From: an uncultured bacterium
GTDB lineage: Bacteria; Patescibacteriota; Minisyncoccia; Phycocordibacterales; UBA9973
Length of the DNA stretch: 57,700 bases
Direction: 5' to 3'
Assembly (NCBI GenBank): GCA_903894565.1
Contig: CAITQP010000012.1
Span: forward strand, 1 to 57,700
Shown here: in pieces, positions 25,155-33,792 of the stretch
How positions within the stretch are numbered: position 1 is the first letter of the stretch
Layout: each line of letters starts with the position of its first letter
Translations under genes and position numbers: made by a program
Notes under the pieces: model-generated
What the model was told of the DNA's origin: nothing
Databases searched by the model: none
Seen by the model: only the letters and a program-made list of their open reading frames with translations

Positions 25155-26411
25155 TTATATCAAACCGAGCTCTGTGCCAACTTCTTTGACGATATCAAGT
25201 GCTTTTTTGAGCTGTGTTTCAGTGTGTGCGGCTGAGACTTGGAAGCGAAGGCGCGCAGCGCCTTCTGGCACGACAGGAAACCAGAGTCCAACGACGTAGA
25301 CACCTTTTTCCAAGAGTCGTTTGCTCATTTCTTGAGTGATTTTTGCATCGCCGAGCATGAGTGGCACAATTGGGTGCTCACCTTCGAGTACTTTGAATCC
25401 TAAGTTGACGAGACCTGCGCGGAAAAATGCTGCATTCGATTGCGCTCGTTTCAAAAGTGACGGATCTTCTTTAAGCAAATCAAGCGCGCGGATTGAAGCC
25501 ATGACCACAGAAGGAGGGACTGAATTTGAAAACATATACGTGCGAGATTTCTGTCGCAAAAATTCAATGAGTTCTGCACGACCTGCGACGTATCCTCCAA
25601 CCGCACCTCCGAGCGCCTTGCCGAACGTACCCGTGAGCACGTCGACTTTGCCATGTACGCCACAATATTCAGGAGTACCTGCACCGGTCGCACCAAGTAC
25701 GCCAACTGCATGAGCATCGTCGACAAATAGCATCGCTCCGAATTCATCGGCGATTTTCACAAGTTCGGCAAGATCTGCCGCGTCCCCTTCCATTGAAAAA
25801 ACTCCATCGGTCACGATTATTTTATTGCGCAATCCGCCAACTGGTGGATTCGCGTTGTCGGCTTCAAGCATCGTACGAAGTGCTTGCAAATCTTTGTGCG
25901 GATAAATTCGTTTTTCAAGATGCTCGCGTGCGCAGAGTTTGAACGCATCGATGATCGAGGCGTGATTGAGTGCATCGGAATAAATCGCATCTTTCCAAAC
26001 TGCAGGTTTACCATCCACGCCGACTGCTCCGAATGGCTCATTTACCAGACTCGCAAAAAATCCGAGGTTCGACATGAAATTTGTCGAATACAAAATAGCA
26101 TCTTCTACGCCGAGAAATTGCGCGAGCTTTTTCTCAAGCGCGCGGTGAATCGTTTGTGTTCCAGAAATGAAACGCACTGACGAGAGACCGTAGCCATCGG
26201 TATCAAGCGCAGATTTTGCGGCTTTAACTATTTCCGGATGATTCGAGAGACCGAGATAATTGTTTGAAGCAAACATCAAAACAGACTTGCCATTCAAAGT
26301 CACCTCCGGACCCTGCAGTCCATCGATTTCACGCTCCACCTTAAATTTGCCTAAGGAAGTGAGGTTTTCGAGCTCTTTCTTAATATCAGCGGATAGTTTT
26401 GGGCTATACAT
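25155..26411 (-). CDS. kbl: Glycine C-acetyltransferase (2-amino-3-ketobutyrate CoA ligase), alpha-oxoamine synthase family
   Basis: PLP alpha-oxoamine synthase pattern (NNYLGL, DDAHAVG, GTFGKALG). The adjacent SDR-type threonine dehydrogenase favours Kbl over BioF. Confidence 0.8.
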   Translation of the reverse strand: MYSPKLSADIKKELENLTSLGKFKVEREIDGLQGPEVTLNGKSVLMFASNNYLGLSNHPEIVKAAKSALDTDGYGLSSVRFISGTQTIHRALEKKLAQFLGVEDAILYSTNFMSNLGFFASLVNEPFGAVGVDGKPAVWKDAIYSDALNHASIIDAFKLCAREHLEKRIYPHKDLQALRTMLEADNANPPVGGLRNKIIVTDGVFSMEGDAADLAELVKIADEFGAMLFVDDAHAVGVLGATGAGTPEYCGVHGKVDVLTGTFGKALGGAVGGYVAGRAELIEFLRQKSRTYMFSNSVPPSVVMASIRALDLLKEDPSLLKRAQSNAAFFRAGLVNLGFKVLEGEHPIVPLMLGDAKITQEMSKRLLEKGVYVVGLWFPVVPEGAARLRFQVSAAHTETQLKKALDIVKEVGTELGLI

Positions 26412-26435
26412 ATATGCACTCTAGCAAACTTGCGA

Positions 26436-27383
26436 TTATTTGCCCAATTTCGTTTTCAAATTCTCGAGCATCGTGTCGGTCATCTTTTCGAGATCGAATT
26501 CGTGTTTCCAATTCCATTCGTTGCGTGCAACACTGTCATCGATACTACCTGGCCAACTATCGGCAATCGCTTGGCGATGATCGGGAGCATAACTCATTTC
26601 AAAATTCGGAATGCGCTTCTTGATAACTTCAGCAATTTCCTTTGGAGTGAAGCTCATTGCGGAAAGATTGTATGCCATGTGAGTCTTGAGCATATCGGCT
26701 GGTGCTTGCATGAGTTCAATCGTCGCGCGAATTGCATCGTCCATGTACATCATTGGAAGTGGAGTGTTTTCACTCAAGAAACAAGTGTACTTTCCTTCTT
26801 TGAGAGCTTGAATGTAGATATCAACAGCATAGTCTGTCGTACCACCACCTGGCTCGGACTTCCAACTAATAAGTCCAGGGTAACGGACCGAACGCACATC
26901 AATACCATAGCGCTTTTGGTAATACTGACACAGCATTTCTCCCGCATATTTTGTAATTCCGTACATCGTTGTCGGCTCAATGACTGTCATTTGTGGCGTA
27001 CGAACTTTTGGCGTCGTTGTTCCAAAAACAGCGATCGAACTTGGCCAAAAGATTTTGATTTTTTCTTCAACCGCAAGATCGAGCACTTGTCGCAAACTCG
27101 TCATATTCAAATCCCAGCAGAGCTTTGGATTTTTTTCACCAGTTGCAGAGAGGAGTGCCGCGAGCAAATATATTTGTGTAACCCCCTCACGTTTGACAAG
27201 AGTACGCGTTCCTTCAGCATCAGTCGCGTCAAGCGATGTGTATGGACCAGTACCCACGAGAAGCGGATTCTCATCACGAATATCACTCGCCCACACATTG
27301 TCTCCACCGTGAATTTTGCGAAGAGCAAGCGTGAGCTCAACTCCAATCTGTCCACACGCTCCGATAACTAAAACTTTTTCCAT
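26436..27383 (-). CDS. tdh: L-threonine 3-dehydrogenase, SDR/epimerase-type
   Basis: VLVIGACGQIGVELTLALR...ASDIR, YGITKYAGE (YxxxK), and a length of 315 aa typical of short-chain TDH. Confidence 0.75.
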   Translation of the reverse strand: MEKVLVIGACGQIGVELTLALRKIHGGDNVWASDIRDENPLLVGTGPYTSLDATDAEGTRTLVKREGVTQIYLLAALLSATGEKNPKLCWDLNMTSLRQVLDLAVEEKIKIFWPSSIAVFGTTTPKVRTPQMTVIEPTTMYGITKYAGEMLCQYYQKRYGIDVRSVRYPGLISWKSEPGGGTTDYAVDIYIQALKEGKYTCFLSENTPLPMMYMDDAIRATIELMQAPADMLKTHMAYNLSAMSFTPKEIAEVIKKRIPNFEMSYAPDHRQAIADSWPGSIDDSVARNEWNWKHEFDLEKMTDTMLENLKTKLGK

Positions 27384-27405
27384 AAATGTATTTTGATTTT
27401 TGAGA

Positions 27406-28623
27406 TTAATAAAATGAGATTTTTTCTTTGCTTACTTTTTTTGCTTCTCGCTCGGAAGCCGTCATTTCAAACAATTTCTCAAGACGCGCCCTATCCATAT
27501 CATTCCACAATACTCCTCTCCTCACAGCCATTGCTTCCTGGCCTTTTTGCGCGAGGCGGAGTGGCAATTCGTACAACATACCTGGTCGCACATGACTCGT
27601 AAACGACGGGACATCTTCGGCGACAGTATCATACAAATGTGCACAGACGCCAATGACTCGTCCAGGGAAAATGGAAGTATTGATTGATGTTTTAGAAAAA
27701 TCTCCAAATACAGAACCGAGGAATTGAGCACCGCTATCGCGTCCTTGGATCGTAATCGTTGAATATGTATTCTTGAGATCAGCAGTGAACGTGCCTCCGC
27801 CGAGATTGACCCAGCGACCGATATAGCTATCAAACAAACAACCTGTATGCTGCTTGTTTGAATATCCATCCATAATACTGCCTGAAACTTCCCCGCCGAC
27901 TTTGCAGACAGGACCGATTGTCGTGCCACCTTCGATCACCGTGAATTCTTTGATGATCGAACTTTGTCCAACCATGAGTGGACCTTTGAGTACGGTAAAC
28001 GGTGCAACTGTCACATGGTCTCCAATCACGATTGGACCTTTGCTCGTGTCATACACACATTCCTTTGGAAGCTTCACTCCGACACCGAGATAGAGTCCTC
28101 GCTTTTTCGCGCGCATTTTTTCTGTAGCGATGCGGAGATTGTCGGCAAGTTCGTCACGATTGAAAAAAATAATATCTTCTAGATGTGTGAGTAACTTCCA
28201 GTTGAGATTGTGTCGCACACCACCCTTCGAGTGATGCTCGAGTGCTTGTGCAATCTCCGCAGATTTGTGTGTCAGTGTTTCAGTAAAAAATCCGGCCACT
28301 GCTCCATCAGCGTCGATGAAGCACACCTCCTTTGAATCGCGCACAATCTTCTCAACCAATTTCAAATCAGTGAGTGAAGGAGCGAGACGGGCGTTTAAAA
28401 AAAGAAATCCTCCTGTCGTCTTTTCAGAATCAGAAAATTGATGCACGTGTGAGACATCGTGAACGAGCGCACGTGAGTGCGCGAACACAAGAGCCTTCGG
28501 GAATACGATATTCACCGCTTCAAGCAACGTATACCCGCCCGTACGAATATCAAACGCCGGTCGAGTCAGCGTGACAGGATAGAGACCCGAAACTTCGCTA
28601 TCTTCATAGAGGATTATTTCCAT
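27406..28623 (-). CDS. GlmU-like putative nucleotidyl/acyl-transferase with a left-handed beta-helix
   Basis: The N-terminus MEIILYED...LYPVTLTRPAFDIRTGGYTLLE and the hexapeptide-rich C-half (IGDHVTVAPFTVLKGPLMVGQSSIIKEFTVIEGGTTIGPVCKVGGEV) match my recollection of the 'alternative bacterial GlmU' family. Confidence 0.65.
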   Translation of the reverse strand: MEIILYEDSEVSGLYPVTLTRPAFDIRTGGYTLLEAVNIVFPKALVFAHSRALVHDVSHVHQFSDSEKTTGGFLFLNARLAPSLTDLKLVEKIVRDSKEVCFIDADGAVAGFFTETLTHKSAEIAQALEHHSKGGVRHNLNWKLLTHLEDIIFFNRDELADNLRIATEKMRAKKRGLYLGVGVKLPKECVYDTSKGPIVIGDHVTVAPFTVLKGPLMVGQSSIIKEFTVIEGGTTIGPVCKVGGEVSGSIMDGYSNKQHTGCLFDSYIGRWVNLGGGTFTADLKNTYSTITIQGRDSGAQFLGSVFGDFSKTSINTSIFPGRVIGVCAHLYDTVAEDVPSFTSHVRPGMLYELPLRLAQKGQEAMAVRRGVLWNDMDRARLEKLFEMTASEREAKKVSKEKISFY

Positions 28624-28643
28624 AGAGTTTAAGTATACACCAA

Positions 28644-29942
28644 TTATTCTGGGATGACGGAGAGTGCCTTTCTGCCAATATCAGAACGATATTGCTTGCC
28701 CCAGTAGTGAATCTTGTCGACAGCTTGGTATGCCGTATCGAGTGCATCCTGCAAACTACTACCGATAGCTGATACCCCAAACACACGTCCACCATTCGTA
28801 ACGAGACCATTCTCACCATGTTTGGTACCCGCGTGAAATACAACAACGTTATCCATCTCATTTGCATCATCAACACCAGTGATAGCTTGCCCTTTTTCAT
28901 ATTGACCAGGATAGCCAGACGAAGCGAGGACGATATTACACGCTGACTCATGTTTCCAATGCATATCAACATCAGCAAGCGTTCCGAGTGCACACGCTTC
29001 CAGAACAGGGAGCAGATCACTCTCGAGTAATCGCATGTATACCTGTGTTTCTGGGTCACCAAAACGCGCGTTAAATTCAATCACTTTCGGACCATCGTTT
29101 GTGATGATGATCCCGGGAAACAAAAGTCCAGTGAACGGTATCCCATCTTCCGCCATTCCAGCGAGTGTCGGCGTAACTATTTCTTGATCAATTTGAGCAA
29201 GCTGACTTCTCGTAACAAACGGCACCGGCGAGACAGTTCCCATTCCCCCAGTATTTAATCCAAGATCATCATCGTGTGCACGTTTGTGATCTTGTGACGA
29301 AGGAAAAAGTTTACACGTCTTTCCATCAGACAGTGCATGAATGGAAATTTCATGACCGACAAGAAATTCTTCAATCACAACTTCGTTTCCTGCATCACCA
29401 AAAATCTTGTCTACCATGATTTCACGAAGTGTTTCGTGAGCATCTTGACGAGTTTCGGCAATAATGACGCCTTTGCCGAGTGCGAGACCACTCGCCTTGA
29501 TGACAATCGGAAATGATTCTTCGTCAAGGTATGCGACGGCTTTTTCGAAGTTCGTAAATGTTTCAAAACGCGCTGTTGGAATATCGTGGCGAGACATAAA
29601 ATCTTTAGCATATGCCTTAGACCATTCAAGCTGAGCAGCCGCCTTGGTCGGGCCAAAAATCAAAATATGTTCGGCGCGAAATGCATCAACAATCCCGAGA
29701 GACAAAGGTTCGTCCGGACCAACTACAACAAAATCAATTTTCTTTTCTTTACAAAATGTAATAAGTCCAGCTATATCAGTCGCCTGAATTGGCACGTTCT
29801 CACCAAATTCCTTGGTACCTGCGTTCCCTGGCGCAATATACAAAACCCCCAATCGAGGAGACTGGGCAAGCTTCCACGCAAGCGCGTGTTCACGGCCACC
29901 AGAACCGATAAGCAAAACTGCCAATTTATTCATACTCTCCAT
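28644..29942 (-). CDS. purD: Phosphoribosylamine-glycine ligase
   Basis: VLLIGSGGREHALAWKL, the ATP-grasp core and the C-terminus GGRVFGV. The start could instead be Met4. Confidence 0.95.
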   Translation of the reverse strand: MESMNKLAVLLIGSGGREHALAWKLAQSPRLGVLYIAPGNAGTKEFGENVPIQATDIAGLITFCKEKKIDFVVVGPDEPLSLGIVDAFRAEHILIFGPTKAAAQLEWSKAYAKDFMSRHDIPTARFETFTNFEKAVAYLDEESFPIVIKASGLALGKGVIIAETRQDAHETLREIMVDKIFGDAGNEVVIEEFLVGHEISIHALSDGKTCKLFPSSQDHKRAHDDDLGLNTGGMGTVSPVPFVTRSQLAQIDQEIVTPTLAGMAEDGIPFTGLLFPGIIITNDGPKVIEFNARFGDPETQVYMRLLESDLLPVLEACALGTLADVDMHWKHESACNIVLASSGYPGQYEKGQAITGVDDANEMDNVVVFHAGTKHGENGLVTNGGRVFGVSAIGSSLQDALDTAYQAVDKIHYWGKQYRSDIGRKALSVIPE

Positions 29943-29943
29943 A

Positions 29944-31629
29944 TTACACTACCTCTTTCTGATAGCAATCCTCACAGTAGAGAACCTCAGGAGTACCGGG
30001 CGCATAGTTTGTTTTAAATGGTTGACTACACAAGCCCGTATGTCCGTGGGTGTCTCGTTCGCACATACACGATCGATCAAAGAGCAGGTTGGGTCCGCGT
30101 GCCACAAACCGGCGTGTGTGACGACACTCGGGACACAAATGAGGAACCGGTATTGATACTTTTTTATAAAAACCTAATTCGTTCGGAATCAAGCGATAAT
30201 TTTTTGAACAATATTCACACGCCAAAATTTCTTGTATAAAACCATCAGGGACATCGTGAATTGATTCGGGTATTGATTCGAGCGAAACAGTTTCTTTGCC
30301 GAATGTTCCCCGCGGCGTGTCTTCCCATTTGAACCCTTTGGCGAGTGCCTCATCTTTTGTAAGCGGAAATTGTTCCTGAACACATGCTTCGTTGTATCCG
30401 AAATTTGAAAAATGTGCCGGAAAAAATGCACCATACTCGCCTCTCGTTTTCATTTCTTCGATAATATGTGATTTCAAGACGTGATAATCTGGCTCACTAT
30501 ATTCCTTGTTCAAAATACAATACTTCTTGTTGCGAAGCCCAAAACAACCAAAACAATCATCTGAACCAAACATCAGATACGAATACTGCAAAAAATTGGA
30601 TCCCCAACATTGCACGCAAACAATATTGTTTGATGCTTCTTGTCCAACATTCACACACTGATAGTTCGTTTCAGCATTTCTCCCTATCGTATCAGAATCT
30701 ACATTGTCTTTTGAGTTACGCCACGCATGGACACAGTAACGACAATCCTCAGCATCATAAGTGTGAAAACAGTGATGAATATTTTTTGCATTCATAATAT
30801 AGTTTCCAGTAGCCTCAACTGTTTGGGTCAATTCAGCGTATTTTCGCGGCTGTGTTTTTTTGAACGTCTCAAACGCTTTGCGTGCTCGTTCAACACCTGC
30901 GTGTGTATCAAGTTTCATTGCTGCAATTTTTTCCAGGTATTCTGTTTTTGAATACTGCTCATTGAATAGGCAGTATTGCTTCTGACGAAGATTCATGCAC
31001 CCAAAACAATCCATGCATCCCCTGCAGTCAAACAAGAAATAACTGTCCGTGCACGAGTGACAACCCTTTGAATACAGTAGTCCGTAACTATCGTAACAAT
31101 CATCACACTCATACGAGCGCTCGACTTTACTCGTAAAAGAGCAATCAACAAGGTCTTTTGATTGTTGGATCCAATAGCAGTTTGTACAATCTTCATTGTT
31201 CGATGATTCAACAATCATGTAGCAATTTTTGTTGTCAGCACTGATATTGATATATTCGGAATTCACACTACGCAAATGTAAAAGGCCTATCTTCGGCACG
31301 ATCATAAAAAGTGTTTCAAGCTGTTCCAAAAATGATTTGGAATCGTCATAGTCGAGTGCGTACTCACGTCCATCCCAATTGTCACTAAACCAGCAATCGT
31401 AGCACCACACAGTGTACGGTTTATTTAGCGAATACATCGAAATAACCTGTTTTTTACACTTGTCGCACTCACGCTTGTAAAATGAGCGCTCATTGCGGAA
31501 GCTCAAGCGCAATTGCATGCGACATGTCGGGCAAATAGTTGGCTCAAGCACATCAATCTTTTTATAAAAAGAAGCATCGTCAGGTTCAACGACAAACGAT
31601 CTTTCACATGTTGTGCATTGTTTATCCAT
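29944..31629 (-). CDS. Cys-rich protein of unknown function: zinc-ribbon-like module, duplicated Cys-repeat core, zinc-ribbon-like module
   Basis: The 562-aa product starts at MDKQCTTCERSF. That ATG (31629) overlaps the purN stop in ATGGATAA. The longer 622-aa ORF would run 190 nt into purN. Its stop lies 1 nt from the purD start. I count about 40 Cys. Confidence 0.8.
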   Translation of the reverse strand: MDKQCTTCERSFVVEPDDASFYKKIDVLEPTICPTCRMQLRLSFRNERSFYKRECDKCKKQVISMYSLNKPYTVWCYDCWFSDNWDGREYALDYDDSKSFLEQLETLFMIVPKIGLLHLRSVNSEYINISADNKNCYMIVESSNNEDCTNCYWIQQSKDLVDCSFTSKVERSYECDDCYDSYGLLYSKGCHSCTDSYFLFDCRGCMDCFGCMNLRQKQYCLFNEQYSKTEYLEKIAAMKLDTHAGVERARKAFETFKKTQPRKYAELTQTVEATGNYIMNAKNIHHCFHTYDAEDCRYCVHAWRNSKDNVDSDTIGRNAETNYQCVNVGQEASNNIVCVQCWGSNFLQYSYLMFGSDDCFGCFGLRNKKYCILNKEYSEPDYHVLKSHIIEEMKTRGEYGAFFPAHFSNFGYNEACVQEQFPLTKDEALAKGFKWEDTPRGTFGKETVSLESIPESIHDVPDGFIQEILACEYCSKNYRLIPNELGFYKKVSIPVPHLCPECRHTRRFVARGPNLLFDRSCMCERDTHGHTGLCSQPFKTNYAPGTPEVLYCEDCYQKEVV

Positions 31630-32344
31630 TTGGATATTTCTGTATCGCTTCACGTTTGCACTCTTCGAGAATACTTTCTTCTTCTGATGTAATAAGTGGA
31701 ATTTCGCGATGGATTTCGTGTACACGATTGTGCAAGAAATCAGAGAGCACTTCAATCTGCACTTCATGTTCGATCGGAAGCATACGTTGTGCCAAATCTT
31801 CAGGTGTGTCACCAGGGATGATCGGAACTTGTTTTGATTTAATCACCGCGCCTTTATCGAATTCAACTTCAACACGTTGTGCTGTTGCCTCACTCCAATA
31901 ATCACGGCTCGTTCGTTCGACAAACAAAAGTCGCGCAGCGTGCACTCGCAAGCCGAACATTCCCGCGCCACCAAAATCTTCACGCCCGACATCAAGTGGG
32001 CCTGGGTGCTGATTGGTCATCATGCCATTGTATCGTTCGATAACATTTGCCGGAGTCTTGACCATCCATCCATATTGACCAATGAATTCCACGCCACGCT
32101 TTTCGCATTCGCTCATAATTGCACTCCCGAACGTGCCCGGTGTTGGAAATTTTGATCGCTCAATCACAATAACATCGCTCGGTGTCATGCCATGAGCAAG
32201 TACTTTTTGAATACCGGGAGCATCGGGACGACTTGCGATCACAAGCACAGGTTCAATCCCTTCAAGCCTTCCACCAGCACGACACTCGTGAATGATGCGT
32301 GCTGCAGTCGTTCCCCCTCCAGAGATAAGTAAGGCAATCTTCAT
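31622..32344 (-). CDS. purN: Phosphoribosylglycinamide formyltransferase
   Basis: MKIALLISGGGTTA..., the NQHPGPL region, and 240 aa. Confidence 0.9.
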   Translation of the reverse strand: MKIALLISGGGTTAARIIHECRAGGRLEGIEPVLVIASRPDAPGIQKVLAHGMTPSDVIVIERSKFPTPGTFGSAIMSECEKRGVEFIGQYGWMVKTPANVIERYNGMMTNQHPGPLDVGREDFGGAGMFGLRVHAARLLFVERTSRDYWSEATAQRVEVEFDKGAVIKSKQVPIIPGDTPEDLAQRMLPIEHEVQIEVLSDFLHNRVHEIHREIPLITSEEESILEECKREAIQKYPNG

Positions 32345-32407
32345 ACAAATATAATACCATACCCGATCTCGCTATATATACGAGCATTTTTTTGTTACAC
32401 TCTCAAA

Positions 32408-32923
32408 ATGATTGAGTATGTAATCCTTGTCGACGAGAACGACCATCCGATTGGTCGTGAAGAAAAAATGCGTGCACACGAGCTCGGACTACTCCATCGC
32501 GCATTGTCTATTTTTGTATTTAATTCAAAAAACGAACTCCTCCTCCAGCGTCGGGCACTCAGCAAATATCATTCTGCTGGACTCTGGACCAATACCTGTT
32601 GCAGTCACCCACGACCAAGCGAAAGTGTACAGGACGCTGCACATCGCAAACTCATGCAGGAAATGGGGTTTGATTGCGACCTCACCGAACAATTTCATTT
32701 CACTTATCGCGCCGCGCTCGATGCTGGACTCACTGAACACGAGGTGGATCATGTGCTCTTTGGCACGTATGATCTCGACCCCGTTTTAAATCCTGAAGAA
32801 GCCGATGATTTCAAATGGGTTACACTCGAATGGCTGTCGACCGATATCACAAAAAATCCGCACGAATACACTGAGTGGTTCAAGATTTGTTTTGACAAAG
32901 TACGCGAGCTTGCCAAAAATTAA
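32408..32923 (+). CDS. idi: Isopentenyl-diphosphate delta-isomerase, type 1 (Nudix)
   Basis: LHRALSIFVFNSKNELLLQRRA..K....GLWTNTCCSHP ... EHEVDHVLFG. Confidence 0.9.
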   Translation: MIEYVILVDENDHPIGREEKMRAHELGLLHRALSIFVFNSKNELLLQRRALSKYHSAGLWTNTCCSHPRPSESVQDAAHRKLMQEMGFDCDLTEQFHFTYRAALDAGLTEHEVDHVLFGTYDLDPVLNPEEADDFKWVTLEWLSTDITKNPHEYTEWFKICFDKVRELAKN

Positions 32924-33028
32924 AAACAAAATACCTTTCAGAGCACCAGCGTAAAATCCTGAAGGATTTTCGCCTCACGCTCGCGCCGTCGCGCTCCGCG
33001 AGTGCTCTGAAAGGTATTTTGTTTTTAA
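32920..33028. repeat. 27-bp perfect inverted repeat with a 55-nt GC-rich spacer; it contains both convergent stop codons
   Basis: ttaaaaacaaaatacctttcagagcac (32920-32946) pairs with gtgctctgaaaggtattttgtttttaa (33002-33028). Confidence 0.85.
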
Positions 33029-33792
33029 TTTTTGGCTCGTTCGAGTAATTTCTCAATTTCGTCGTGCAGTACTTTGTTTGATGCAATCAAATCGGTGTTT
33101 CGATAATCATATGTCTCGGAACCAATATTTGTCACAATACCTCCTGCCTCTGATACAAGAAGAGAACCTGGTGCAAAATCGTAATCTTTGCCCCATGCGT
33201 CAAAACAAATTCTCGCATCAAGTTTGCCAAGCGCTATCATTGCAAATTCCCACCCGGCTGAAATGGTATGAAAATATCCAGCATTCTTTTCGATTGCAAT
33301 CATTCGTTCAGTGTTTCCTTCCTTCTGTAATTTCGTCTCGACACACAAATATGATTGTGCGAGCGTGCGAGTACCGACATGTATTCGCTCGTCGTTACAA
33401 TACGCTCCTTCACCACGCTCGGCCCAATACATCGTATCATTCACAAAATCGTACACGACAGAAAAAGTAACAACTCCGTGTTCAATGAGAGCGAGCATCG
33501 TTGTACAGAACGGCAAGCCACGGAGATAGTGTCCAGTACCATCAATCGGATCAACGAGCCAAAACCGTTCAGCGCTTCGATCTCCACCATTTTCTTCGCC
33601 AACAAAAGTTACATCTGGATACGCCTCACTTAAATGCTGTTTCAGAAAAAGCTCCACCGCTCCATCAATCTCCGTTACGATATCAGCTGGATGTTTGCTT
33701 TTCTCGTTCGTGATTTTCGCAACTCCAAAACTCGGAAGTGTAATATTCCGAGTCGCGCGAATGATTGGCAGAACAGTGTCTTTATATTTCAT
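33025..33792 (-). CDS. Inositol monophosphatase family protein
   Basis: FVGEE and WLVDPIDGTGHYLRG motifs. Its ATG overlaps the ppsA stop (TAATG). Confidence 0.8.
   Translation of the reverse strand: MKYKDTVLPIIRATRNITLPSFGVAKITNEKSKHPADIVTEIDGAVELFLKQHLSEAYPDVTFVGEENGGDRSAERFWLVDPIDGTGHYLRGLPFCTTMLALIEHGVVTFSVVYDFVNDTMYWAERGEGAYCNDERIHVGTRTLAQSYLCVETKLQKEGNTERMIAIEKNAGYFHTISAGWEFAMIALGKLDARICFDAWGKDYDFAPGSLLVSEAGGIVTNIGSETYDYRNTDLIASNKVLHDEIEKLLERAKN

Noticed and set aside
26430-27371. 313-aa plus-strand ORF spanning almost the whole tdh gene in antisense
   Set aside because: The minus-strand product has clear SDR-type threonine dehydrogenase motifs. The plus-strand translation is Cys/His/Arg-rich low-complexity sequence with no start context. 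It is a shadow ORF.
31630-31812. N-terminal 61-codon extension of the Cys-rich ORF (622-aa version)
   Set aside because: It would overlap the 3' end of purN by about 190 nt and reads as basic or Cys-containing junk. The internal ATG at 31629 gives the classic ATGnnTAA coupling with the purN stop.
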